Positions 39,975 through 48,995 of a stretch of 64,000 bases of DNA are shown here, piece after piece. The stretch is taken from the NCBI GenBank assembly GCA_963697895.1, contig OY969100.1, positions 896,001 to 960,000 of the forward strand, in the 5' to 3' direction. The notes under the pieces are model-generated. The model saw only the letters and a program-made list of their open reading frames with translations, made no database searches and was not told the DNA's origin. The position numbers and the translations under genes are program-made. The stretch's first letter is position 1. Every line of letters starts with the position of its first letter. This DNA comes from an uncultured Methanomicrobiales archaeon (GTDB lineage: Archaea; Halobacteriota; Methanomicrobia; Methanomicrobiales; Methanospirillaceae).

Positions 39975-40933
39975 GAAGGCTCCGGGGGAAGGCGATCCAG
40001 CCGCTCCTCCGGGAGCTGACGATCCAAAAAGAGGACCTGATGGCCCCGCTCTTCGTCGACGAGACCTGCCGCGATCCGATCCCCATCCCTTCGATGCCGG
40101 GCCAGTTCCGGTACCCGGTCTCGGCGATCGGGGAGGTCGCTGGGAAGCTTCGCGACCGGGGTATCCACGCGGTGCTCCTCTTCGGGGTTCCGGCAGATAA
40201 GGACGAGGCGGCGATCTCCGCCTATGCCGAAAACGGGGTTATCCAACAGGCGATCCCCGAGATTCGCGCCGCGGCAGCCGACCTGGTGATCTGCACGGAC
40301 GTCTGCGCCTGCGAATACACCAGCCACGGGCACTGCGGGATCGTCGGGGAAACCCGGCGGGGGTTGGACCTGCTCAATGACCCTTCCCTCGCCCTGATGG
40401 ATCGGATCGCGGTAAGCCACGCGGAGAGCGGGGCGGATATCGTCGCCCCGTCCTGCATGCTCGACGGGATGGTCGCCTCGATCCGGGCGGCACTCGACGG
40501 GGCGGGATTCTCGGATACCGCGATCCTCTCCTATTCGACCAAATTCGCGAGCGCCCTCTACGGCCCGTTCCGGGATGCCGTGGACTCCGGGTACCGGTTC
40601 GGGGACCGGAGCACCTACCAGCTCGACCCGGCAAATGCGAACGAGGCCTACCGGGAGTCTGAGATCGATGCGAAGGAGGGGGCCGACATCCTGATGGTCA
40701 AGCCGGCCGGGATGTATCTCGATCTCGTCGCCCGGATCAAGGCGATCGGCCTCCCGGTGGCCGCATACCAGGTGAGCGGGGAATATGCCCAGATAAAGGC
40801 GGCGGCCGCGAACGGGTGGCTCGATGAACGGGCAGTGGCACTGGAGAGCCTCGTCTGCATAAAGCGGGCGGGGGCCGACCTGATGATCACCTATTTTGCC
40901 GGGGACGCGGCGGGATGGCTTGATGAGACATAA
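39953..40933 (+). CDS. hemB: Porphobilinogen synthase (Zn-type)
   Basis: [34 protein letters not shown] and AYQVSGEY. Confidence 0.97.
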   Translation: MYPQRRLRRLRGKAIQPLLRELTIQKEDLMAPLFVDETCRDPIPIPSMPGQFRYPVSAIGEVAGKLRDRGIHAVLLFGVPADKDEAAISAYAENGVIQQAIPEIRAAAADLVICTDVCACEYTSHGHCGIVGETRRGLDLLNDPSLALMDRIAVSHAESGADIVAPSCMLDGMVASIRAALDGAGFSDTAILSYSTKFASALYGPFRDAVDSGYRFGDRSTYQLDPANANEAYRESEIDAKEGADILMVKPAGMYLDLVARIKAIGLPVAAYQVSGEYAQIKAAAANGWLDERAVALESLVCIKRAGADLMITYFAGDAAGWLDET

Positions 40934-40968
40934 AGAAAATAAGCCGGGGATACCCGGCGGAGTATCCC

Positions 40969-42210
40969 ATGAAGAGTGAACATCTGTTCGATGAGGCGAA
41001 GGAACTGATGCCGGGTGGAGTCAGCAGCCCGGTCCGGGCGATCAAGCCCTATCCGTTCTATACGAAGAGTGCCCACGGTTCCCGGATCACGACCGTGGAT
41101 GCGGTATCTCTGATCGACTGCTGCATGGGATACGGCCCCCTGATCCTCGGCCACGCCCACCCGGCGATCCGGCAGGAGATTGCATCGCAGCTCATGGAAG
41201 GGTGGCTCTACGGGACTCCCACGCCGCTTGAGCCGGAGCTCGCCGGCATGATCACGAAAGACCATCCCGGGCTCGATATGGTCCGGTTCGTCTCGACGGG
41301 AACGGAAGCGACGATGGCCGCGATCCGGGTCGCCCGCGGGTTTTCCGGGAAGAAGGATATTGTGAAGGTGGAGGGCGGGTACCACGGGGCCCATGATGCG
41401 GTGCTTATCCAGGCCGGTTCGGGTGCGACAACGCTCGGGATCCCGGATTCGGCCGGTGTGCTTCCGGATATTGCCGCCCATACCTGGCAGGTGCCCTACA
41501 ATGACCCGGAAGCGCTGGAACTGCTCCTCTCGACCCATCACGACATCGCGGCCTTCATCGTCGAGCCGGTCATGGGCAACATCGGCCTGATACCGCCGGC
41601 GCTCGGGTACCTCAAGGAGGTCCGGAAGATCACGAGCGAACACGGGGTCCTGCTCATCTTCGATGAAGTGATCACCGGGTACCGACTCGGGATCGGCGGC
41701 GCCCAGGCATACTACGGGGTCCGGCCGGATATGACGACGCTCGGGAAGATCGTCGGGGGCGGGGTCCCGATCGGGGTCTTCGGCGGGCGCCGGGATATCA
41801 TGGAGACGGTCTCGCCGTCCGGACCGGTGTACCAGGCGGGAACATTTAACGGGAACCCCCTGAGCCTGGTGGCGGGCCGGGCGACGATCCGGTGGCTCCA
41901 CGAGCACCCGGAGACCTATGTGGAACTGGCCGAAGCGGCAAGGATGCTCGAGGAACTGATCAAACCGTCTGCAAAGGGCTCGTTTGTCCGACTCGGTTCG
42001 ATGTTCACGCACTTCTTCCGCCAGACACCGCCGCGGGATTACCGGGATGCGAAAGAATGCGATACCGGAAGATTTGGAGAGTTCTTTGCAGGGATGCTCT
42101 CCCGGGGGATCTTTCTTCCTCCGTCCCAGTTCGAAACGGACTTCCTCTCCACCGCTCATACCCTGCAGGATATTGAAGAGATAGGAGCCGCGTTCAACTC
42201 ATGTCTCTGA
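40969..42210 (+). CDS. hemL: Glutamate-1-semialdehyde 2,1-aminomutase
   Basis: [46 protein letters not shown] and PSQFE. Confidence 0.97.
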   Translation: MKSEHLFDEAKELMPGGVSSPVRAIKPYPFYTKSAHGSRITTVDAVSLIDCCMGYGPLILGHAHPAIRQEIASQLMEGWLYGTPTPLEPELAGMITKDHPGLDMVRFVSTGTEATMAAIRVARGFSGKKDIVKVEGGYHGAHDAVLIQAGSGATTLGIPDSAGVLPDIAAHTWQVPYNDPEALELLLSTHHDIAAFIVEPVMGNIGLIPPALGYLKEVRKITSEHGVLLIFDEVITGYRLGIGGAQAYYGVRPDMTTLGKIVGGGVPIGVFGGRRDIMETVSPSGPVYQAGTFNGNPLSLVAGRATIRWLHEHPETYVELAEAARMLEELIKPSAKGSFVRLGSMFTHFFRQTPPRDYRDAKECDTGRFGEFFAGMLSRGIFLPPSQFETDFLSTAHTLQDIEEIGAAFNSCL

Positions 42211-43127
42211 AAATAGGAACCCGGGGGAGCAGACTCGCGCTCGCGCAGGCAGACCGTGTCTGCCAGATGCTCAAACGGAGGAATATCAGCGTCGAACGGG
42301 TCATCATTACCACGGAAGGGGACACCGAGACCAGTGTTCCGCTGCACGAGATCAGCGGCCAGGGAGTTTTTGTCCGGGCCCTGGATAACGCGATCCTTGC
42401 GGGGGAGATCGATGCCGCCGTACACAGCATGAAGGATATCCCGGCAGCGCGCCCGAACGGCCTCCTGACGAGTGCCATCCTCAAGCGGGACTCTCCGGCG
42501 GATTTCATCGCACTCAATGTCGAGATGTGCGATGTGCACGTGATTGGCACCTCGAGCACCCGGAGGCGGGCTCAGATCCTTCGGCATGACCCGACGGTCG
42601 AGGTAAAGGACCTCCGGGGGAACGTCGACACAAGGCTCCGCAAAATGCTGGCCGGCGAGTACGATGCAATCGTCCTCGCGGAAGCCGGGATCGAGCGGCT
42701 CGGGCTGATCGTCGACGGGGAACGGCTCCCGCCGGAGACATTCGTCCCCGCTGCAAACCAGGGGACGATCGCGGTGGTGAGCAGGAACGACCCTTCGATC
42801 ACGGAGGTGATGAGCATGCTCGATCACGACCAGACCCGGTCGGATGTGGCGATGGAGCGGGCGGTGATGGAACAGGTCGGGGGAGGATGCTATACCCCTC
42901 TCGGTATCTACTGCGCAAACGGGCACCTGATCGCCCAAGTCCTCTCCCTGGACGGGAAACGGGCCGTCCGTATAGAGGACGACGTGGAGAAGATCGACCA
43001 GGCCCGGGAACGGGGGAGAGAACTCCGTCTGACCGCCCGGGAACTGATCCGGGAGGCCTACCAGCAGCTCGGGATCAAAGACGTGCCCCGGTGGGCGGCG
43101 TTCCCGGATGCAGGTGACCAGCGATGA
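42201..43127 (+). CDS. hemC: Hydroxymethylbilane synthase
   Basis: [35 protein letters not shown] and GGGC. Confidence 0.97.
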   Translation: MSLKIGTRGSRLALAQADRVCQMLKRRNISVERVIITTEGDTETSVPLHEISGQGVFVRALDNAILAGEIDAAVHSMKDIPAARPNGLLTSAILKRDSPADFIALNVEMCDVHVIGTSSTRRRAQILRHDPTVEVKDLRGNVDTRLRKMLAGEYDAIVLAEAGIERLGLIVDGERLPPETFVPAANQGTIAVVSRNDPSITEVMSMLDHDQTRSDVAMERAVMEQVGGGCYTPLGIYCANGHLIAQVLSLDGKRAVRIEDDVEKIDQARERGRELRLTARELIREAYQQLGIKDVPRWAAFPDAGDQR

Positions 43128-43242
43128 AAGGAAATGAACATTCACCAGGGGACCATTGGATAAGGGCGATCGTGCGAAACTTGAAGGGAGATTTTCGTGG
43201 GACGGGAAGAGCTGAATGCGGCATGATCCCGGGGGGACAGGG

Positions 43243-44081
43243 ATGATCGGCGCCGGCGGGTACCCGACAGCGGGCAGTTTGACCGGGAATACGAAACGGA
43301 CCCGAAAATCAGTCCCCGCAATAACGGGAAAGGTGTACCTGGTCGGGTCAGGCCCCGGCGGTCTGGCCCACATGACGCTCCGGGCACAGGACGTGATCCG
43401 GGAGGCGGACGTGATCCTGTACGACCAGCTCCCGGGCGACGAGATCCTCGCGAGCCTGCCGGAGACGGCAGAGCGGATCGACTGCGGTAAGTTCGGAGGC
43501 AGGCACACCCGGGAACAGGAGGAGATCGAGGCCCTGATGGTCAGACGTGCGGCCGAAGGGAAGACGGTTGTCCGCCTGAAGGGAGGCGACCCCTTTGTCT
43601 TCGGTCGCGGGGGGAAGAACTCGAGGTGCTCCGTAAACACCGGATCCCCGTCGAACTTGTCCCGGGGGTGTCGAGTGCGATCGCGGTTCCCGGATCGGTC
43701 GGGATCCCGCTCACGCACCGGAAGTACGCATCCCAGGTCACGATCCTCACCGGCCACGAGGATCCGGCAAAGCCGGAATCCGCCCTGGACTGGGAACTCC
43801 TCGCCCGTGGCCGGGGGACGATCGTCATCCTCATGGGGGTGAAGAACCTCCCGCAGATCGCCGCCTCCCTCCTCAGGTACGGAAAAGACCCGGATACCCC
43901 GGTCGCGATCATCGAGCGGGGGATGCGGCCCGACCGGCGGGTGACCACGGGGCCGCTCTCCGGGATCGGGCGGATCGCGGAGGAAAAACAGGTCAAACCT
44001 CCCGCGGTCATCGTGATCGGCGGCGTGGTGAACCTTTACGATGAGTCCGCACCCGATCTTATCCCCTTCTCTCCCGAGTGA
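43243..44081 (+). CDS. cobA: Uroporphyrinogen-III C-methyltransferase, interrupted by a -1 frameshift in a G-run at 43609-43614
   Basis: GKVYLVGSGPG...VVRLKGGDPFVFGRGG continues as EELEVL...VPGVSSA..P...GIPLTHR...ILMG only if the G6 run is G7. Start uncertain. Confidence 0.88.
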
Positions 44082-44212
44082 TCCCGGATCCGATCCTTTT
44101 TTTTCATAAGATCGCGGTTACTCATGTTCCGTGACGCGTTCCCCGGGAGCGACGAGATTATAAGGCAGATGGAACATATCTCTATCTATACCCCATAAAA
44201 GAGAGGAATGTC

Positions 44213-44392
44213 ATGGATAAGAAGGTAAAAAACAATATCAGTGTCGTATCATTCATCATCGGGTTCATCCTGATCCTTATGCAGGACTTCAGCCGGTTGC
44301 AGACGATCGATGTAGGCTTCAGCTGGCCGTGGGCGGTCATGTTCTATGTCGGGCTTCTCCTGATCCTGGTCGGGTTCCTGCTCCGGGGATAA
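44213..44392 (+). CDS. 59-aa two-TM small membrane protein
   Basis: MDKKVKNNISVVSFIIGFILILMQDFSRLQTIDVGFSWPWAVMFYVGLLLILVGFLLRG*. RBS GAGAGG, TATA-like ATTATAA at about 44157-44163 and a T-tract after. Not in the ORF track. Confidence 0.75.
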   Translation: MDKKVKNNISVVSFIIGFILILMQDFSRLQTIDVGFSWPWAVMFYVGLLLILVGFLLRG

Positions 44393-44659
44393 CCCTAATC
44401 CCGATATCTGTCTTTTTTCCCTGTTTGCGGTTCAAGAATATTCGATCATCCGAACCATTTCCGCTCATAAGCCGATTTTTTGCTTCAGAGCCGGAAGAGC
44501 CGACTAAATATCAGATTGTGAGATCATCTTTCCTCTGAGATATCCCTTCCAAAATGTACTGCGCACGAGAAGATATCCAAGGGAATCATGCCATCCCGAC
44601 CCCACAAACCTGCTCATCGTATAAAAATATATATGCATGAAACTGCATCTCCTTCTGGT

Positions 44660-45148
44660 ATGCAAGACTATGTGACGTTAAAGGTGAAGGTGAGAGCCTT
44701 CCCGAGCAAAGGGCGGGCCCGGTTACACGAGTCCGTTCTTCCCGAATTAGCGGTTAAAGAAGGCGAAAGCCTCTCTCTCATGAAATATCCGCAGGTCTCC
44801 GATGACAAGACCAAGCCGGTATCGGTCACGGCGTACGGGGACAAGCAGGTGGGGAAGGGAGTGATTATGTTAAGCCCCGAGGACATCGCCGCTCTCGGCG
44901 TTGCGGAGGGTGATACTATCGCCGTGAAACGGAAGGTGCCGCTCACCGAGAAGATCACGAAGAAAGCCGCCCCCACGGGTACCGCGGTCAAGGAAGACGC
45001 TGTCAAGGCGGGTGCTGCGGTCAAGGGAGGGGCAGTCAAGGCAGGTACCGCCGTCAAGACAGGAGCAGTCAAGGCGGGGAAGGCCGTCGAAAAAGGGGCA
45101 AAAGACGTCTCCGCGAAGGTCAAGCCCCCCAAAGAAGAGAAGAAATGA
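44660..45148 (+). CDS. Stand-alone Cdc48/VAT/NSF N-terminal double-psi-barrel-like domain with an Ala/Lys 11-mer repeat tail
   Basis: Two internally similar halves, GRARLHESVLPELAVKEGESLSL and GVIMLSPEDIAALGVAEGDTIAVKR, match the G(D/E)-box symmetry of double-psi barrels. No AAA domain. Confidence 0.7.
   Translation: MQDYVTLKVKVRAFPSKGRARLHESVLPELAVKEGESLSLMKYPQVSDDKTKPVSVTAYGDKQVGKGVIMLSPEDIAALGVAEGDTIAVKRKVPLTEKITKKAAPTGTAVKEDAVKAGAAVKGGAVKAGTAVKTGAVKAGKAVEKGAKDVSAKVKPPKEEKK
44981..45100 (+). repeat. 33-bp (11-aa) tandem repeat, about 3.6 copies, in coding sequence
   Basis: TAVKEDAVKAG / AAVKGGAVKAG / TAVKTGAVKAG / KAVEKGA, starting at 44981, 45014, 45047 and 45080. Confidence 0.85.
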
Positions 45149-45162
45149 AGGGGATCTGACCT

Positions 45163-45576
45163 GTGGCGAACGAAACGACGATCGTGACCTCCACCTCGCC
45201 CTACTGGACCTGGTTCGAGACGGTGTTCTGGATCATCATCCTGGTCATCATCCTGGTCATCATCTACTACATCATCAGGGAGATCCGGCAATGGAGCGTT
45301 ACACCCAAGCTGGCACAGATCGACCTCGAGAAGGAGAAGCTGAACCTGATGAAACTGGAGATGGCCCAGCGGGGCACTCCCTTCTTCCGGGTCTCTCCCG
45401 AGAAGCTCGGGGAGATCAAGGACCTTGCCGACGAGAATGTCGCGCTCGAGACCGATATCTTCGCGCAACACAGTGCGGTGGACAAGCGGATCGAGCGGCT
45501 GGAGAATAAGGTGAAACTGACCAAACTCGACCGCATGGTGGAAAAGATCAAGGATGAAGAGAGAAAGATCGGGTGA
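45163..45576 (+). CDS. Single-pass membrane coiled-coil protein
   Basis: GTG start, TM (VFWIIILVIILVIIYYII) and heptad-rich C-terminus (DKRIERLENKVKLTKLDRMVEKI). Confidence 0.8.
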   Translation: MANETTIVTSTSPYWTWFETVFWIIILVIILVIIYYIIREIRQWSVTPKLAQIDLEKEKLNLMKLEMAQRGTPFFRVSPEKLGEIKDLADENVALETDIFAQHSAVDKRIERLENKVKLTKLDRMVEKIKDEERKIG

Positions 45577-45893
45577 ATCAGATGACCGAAACAGAAACAG
45601 CAACAGAACAGACGGCCAAAAAATCATCCTTCACGAGCTCGGTGAAGGCAGTACCTGCTACTGTCGATTCATGGCTCCCGACGATGGACAAGAACCTTGA
45701 CAAGTACTTCGATTCCCATATGGCCGCTATCATCGAGGAATGGGGACTGGTCACGGAACCCTTCCTGGATGAACTCGAGCACCGGCTGGCAGTCGTCCAC
45801 ACCGACCTCCTGAAGCTGGAGAAGGGCCGGACCCGGCTGGAGAAGAGAGCGGAATACCTCGACGCCGGGATCCGCGAGCTGGAGGGACAGTAA
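45573..45893 (+). CDS. Coiled-coil protein, paralog 1 (YFD..IEEW.L motif)
   Basis: MDKNLDKYFDSHMAAIIEEWGLVTEPFLDELEHRL...LEKRAEYLDAGIRELE. GTGA overlap with the upstream gene. Confidence 0.8.
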   Translation: MNQMTETETATEQTAKKSSFTSSVKAVPATVDSWLPTMDKNLDKYFDSHMAAIIEEWGLVTEPFLDELEHRLAVVHTDLLKLEKGRTRLEKRAEYLDAGIRELEGQ

Positions 45894-45914
45894 TGGTCGG
45901 CACGGACAGACTAC

Positions 45915-46118
45915 ATGAACAAGTACCTGGACCGGAGGATGAAGGTCCTCATCGAGGAATGGGATCTGGGTACGAAAAACGACCTTGGTAACTTTGAGGA
46001 CCGTCTTGTCGCGGTCGAAGAGGGGACCCGGGAGATCGAAGCCTTCGAGCTGAACGCGGATGTCAGGATGGACGAACTGGAAGCACGCCTGTACAGACTC
46101 AAGGAGGCGAATAAATGA
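45915..46118 (+). CDS. Coiled-coil protein, paralog 2
   Basis: MNKYLDRRMKVLIEEWDLGTKNDLGNFEDRL...MDELEARLYRLKE. The true start may be ATG 45893 (TAATG overlap) with a 1-nt indel. Confidence 0.78.
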   Translation: MNKYLDRRMKVLIEEWDLGTKNDLGNFEDRLVAVEEGTREIEAFELNADVRMDELEARLYRLKEANK

Positions 46119-46456
46119 CCCCACTCGAGGGATTCCTGGTCTTCCTCATCATCGTGATCATCGCATTCCTGATCTATTACTATTTCCGGGGCTCATCCGG
46201 GAAGGTATCCCTCGGCCGGCCGATCGAGAGCCGGGTGGACGAGTACCTTGACCGGCGGTTCGAGATGATGATCGATGAATGGTCGCTCACCGACCGGACA
46301 CGGGTGAACTCGTTCCGCGAATCGAAGGGAAAATTCCTTCTCGATGATGAAACACGGGTTGCCTCCCTGAAAGAGTTCAAAGACGGGATGAGTGAGAACC
46401 TGTCCCGGATGGAGGAGCGCCTGAATGCTCTTGAAACCCAAATCGACAAAAAATGA
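46115..46456 (+). CDS. Membrane-anchored coiled-coil protein, paralog 3
   Basis: N-terminal TM, then VDEYLDRRFEMMIDEWSLT...LSRMEERLNALETQI. ATGA overlap. Confidence 0.82.
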   Translation: MTPLEGFLVFLIIVIIAFLIYYYFRGSSGKVSLGRPIESRVDEYLDRRFEMMIDEWSLTDRTRVNSFRESKGKFLLDDETRVASLKEFKDGMSENLSRMEERLNALETQIDKK

Positions 46457-46748
46457 ACGGGCCAAACCCCGGGAGGAGCAGGAGTTCTTCTCCCGGGTCA
46501 AGGGGGATATCACCACCATCCGTGAGCAGGGAACTCCCCCGGAGAAAGATACCGGCAGCTTCTCCCGGTTCCGGTGCGATCTCTGCAACGGTACGTTCCC
46601 GCTCACCGAGCTGAAGCAGTGCACCCTCTGCGGGAGGTGGGCCTGCTCCTCCTGCTGGACAACGGAATATTATATCTGCAACTCCTGCAGCGGCATCGTC
46701 AGGCTACACCTGATTCCCGCCCAGCAACCGGGGAAACCCCGGAATTGA
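46425..46748 (+). CDS. 8-Cys zinc-finger protein (FYVE/Rab-effector-like spacing)
   Basis: Cx2C-x11-Cx2CG-x3-Cx2C-x7-Cx2C (CDLC..CTLCGRWACSSC..CNSC). GGAGG upstream and a T7 tract at about 46752. Confidence 0.8.
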   Translation: MLLKPKSTKNERAKPREEQEFFSRVKGDITTIREQGTPPEKDTGSFSRFRCDLCNGTFPLTELKQCTLCGRWACSSCWTTEYYICNSCSGIVRLHLIPAQQPGKPRN

Positions 46749-46916
46749 TCCTTTTTTTACCTATAAAAATCCACAGAACCCGGATATTTTTTTTGTTTGC
46801 GTTCGCCGGGGTACCGAAATCTACCTGATAAATCCAAAAAAATATTTTGTGCATGCATTGTTTCTCCCCGTGATGTTTTTATTGCGTCCGGGAACCAAAC
46901 TGCCCGGAGGGTACGA

Positions 46917-47732
46917 ATGAGGACTGTGCGGACCTACGGGAAGCCCCCGTTCTCTATCTCCGTTATCCACGGGGGGCCGGGTGCACCCGGGGAGATGGCA
47001 CCGGTGGCAAGGGAGCTCGCCCAGACCCACGGTGTGCTGGAGCCCTTGCAGGCGAAACCCACTATCGACGGTCAGGTGCAGGAATTAAAGCGGGTTCTCG
47101 AAGAGAATGCCCGGCTTCCTGTCACCCTCGTCGGCTTTTCCTGGGGAGCGATCTTAAGTTTTATCTTCACCGCGGAAAATCCGGCCCTTGTAAAAAGACT
47201 GATCCTGGTCGGCAGCGGGGTATTCGAGGAGAAGTATGCCGGCGATATCGCGAGAATCCGTCTCAGCCGGCTCTCCCCGGAAGAACAGAGGGAGATGAAG
47301 ACGCTCCTCGTCCGGCTGAACGATCCCCTTGAAGCGGGGAAAGATATTTTCTTTGCCCGGGTGGGGGAATACCTGGCCAAATCCGACTCCTTCGATCCCC
47401 TTCCCGTACCGGAAGAGGTCATCGCCTACCAGTACGATATCTTTGCATCGGTCTGGAGGGAGGCCGAATCTCTCCGGAAGAGGGGAGATCTGCTCGCCAT
47501 GGGCGGGCGGATCTGCTGCCCGGTCGTCGCGATCCACGGGGATTTCGACCCCCATCCGGCAGACGGGGTAAGACTTCCGTTATCCCGGGTACTCTGCGAC
47601 TTCCGGTTCATCCTTCTCGAACGGTGCGGCCATCGCCCCTGGATAGAACGTGCTGCGAGAGAGCGGTTCTTTGGGATTTTGCATGCCGAGCTGGAAGCGG
47701 ACAGCCCCGGAAATTTCTCCCCGGCGAAATAA
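46917..47732 (+). CDS. Alpha/beta hydrolase
   Basis: IHGGPG, GFSWG nucleophile elbow, HGDFD and CGH.PW.E. Confidence 0.9.
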   Translation: MRTVRTYGKPPFSISVIHGGPGAPGEMAPVARELAQTHGVLEPLQAKPTIDGQVQELKRVLEENARLPVTLVGFSWGAILSFIFTAENPALVKRLILVGSGVFEEKYAGDIARIRLSRLSPEEQREMKTLLVRLNDPLEAGKDIFFARVGEYLAKSDSFDPLPVPEEVIAYQYDIFASVWREAESLRKRGDLLAMGGRICCPVVAIHGDFDPHPADGVRLPLSRVLCDFRFILLERCGHRPWIERAARERFFGILHAELEADSPGNFSPAK

Positions 47733-47940
47733 CGATCGGATCTATACGGAGATTCGGTCCTGATGCCGGAAAGAAAATGGAGAGAGAAGACGGCATATAT
47801 CCTCAAAATCATCCTCGATCCTGGTCATACAATAAGAATCACCGGAACGTTCTGCCTGACGAAATCAGACTTTAAGGGAATATCCCAGGAACCCCGAACC
47901 GGAATATATTAATGGGTTACGAGGCTGATTTATTTCATTC

Positions 47941-48321
47941 ATGGTGAAAAATGGTATTTTACTGTTTTTCCTGGTCCTATTGATCCTCGGTGCGGGATGC
48001 ACGACCGTTCCCCCCAATCCGGACGTGGAGGTGCGTATCACGAATGTGACGGTAACTCCGCTCTGGTTTACGCTGAACCGGACCGATCTGTACACCGTAA
48101 CCTACGAAGTCACCAATACCGACGACCACGTAATCGACCTGGTCCAGGTAAATATTACGAAGAACGGGGGAAAGGAGTTTGAACAGGAACGGGATACGTT
48201 CCTCAACCTTCAGCCGGAATCGACGGTGAGGAAGGTATGGGTATTTACGGGATCCTGCTGCAGGCCTTATTCGTTTACTGTCCGGCAGGACCCATATTTC
48301 AAGTTCTTTTGGATGAAATAA
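47941..48321 (+). CDS. Putative lipoprotein (Ig-like)
   Basis: Signal peptide with GAGC lipobox and a beta-rich body. Confidence 0.7.
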   Translation: MVKNGILLFFLVLLILGAGCTTVPPNPDVEVRITNVTVTPLWFTLNRTDLYTVTYEVTNTDDHVIDLVQVNITKNGGKEFEQERDTFLNLQPESTVRKVWVFTGSCCRPYSFTVRQDPYFKFFWMK

Positions 48322-48636
48322 ATCGATATAGTTTTTTTCATTTTTGAAGTGATTTCACATTCCTGTATCCGGTATCCCGGTAAAATCCGGATTCACTTCA
48401 TGAAGGAATCCTCCACGATCCGTTATGGCCATCTGCCCGGGCCGGAAGGCTGATTCTGTTCAACACGTGATACCCCTCCTGGCCTGATAGCCTGTGGATC
48501 TATCTCGATATCAGGAGCCGAACCGGCCATTCGTTCCATCGATCCCCGGGCCGGGACGGGATATCCCGATCCGAGGCCCCGGGTGATCTCATTCCCAGGA
48601 GATCTTTTTTATGAAGAGGAGTCGAATGATAAACCT

Positions 48637-48930
48637 ATGGCACCCAGACATTCACCAAAATCCGAACCTGAAAATACCACTCATGAATCCGGAACCGGGC
48701 CGAGCCAGGACCGGGAGCGCCACCGGGAAGATTCGCAGCATCATCCCTACGATCATCCGCTTCCCCATCCCCCCCACCACCCGCATGAACACCCGACGCT
48801 GTCCCCGCGGCATTATCCCCATACGCAGCCCGAGGAGTTCGCCCTGGACGCGGACCACGGCACCCATGAAGATCGGCCGCGACCGGGCAAGATCGCAAAA
48901 AAAGGGAATAAAAATATCCATAAACCCTGA
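48637..48930 (+). CDS. His/Pro-rich low-complexity hypothetical protein
   Basis: QHHPYDHPLPHPPHHPHEHP, followed by a T-tract at about 48944-48952. Confidence 0.45.
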   Translation: MAPRHSPKSEPENTTHESGTGPSQDRERHREDSQHHPYDHPLPHPPHHPHEHPTLSPRHYPHTQPEEFALDADHGTHEDRPRPGKIAKKGNKNIHKP

Positions 48931-48995
48931 CCTCTGATCGTCCTTTTTTTTTCGGAGAGTCATTCCCACCATTCAGACGAAGGCCGCAGATCATC

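Noticed and set aside
38468-40420. Long antisense ORFs over hemA/hemB, and similarly over alaS (8073-9575), the PEGA gene (33642-34961) and hemC/cobA (42156-43757)
   Set aside because: Shadow ORFs of GC-rich, codon-biased genes, with no recognisable motifs.
44105-44156. KIAVT-like fragment after cobA as a hemD relic
   Set aside because: Only five residues, no start codon and an immediate stop; indistinguishable from chance.
46425-46748. Canonical PI3P-binding FYVE domain
   Set aside because: Cys spacing is similar, but the R(R/K)HHCR and WxxD lipid-binding motifs are absent. Kept only as FYVE-like.
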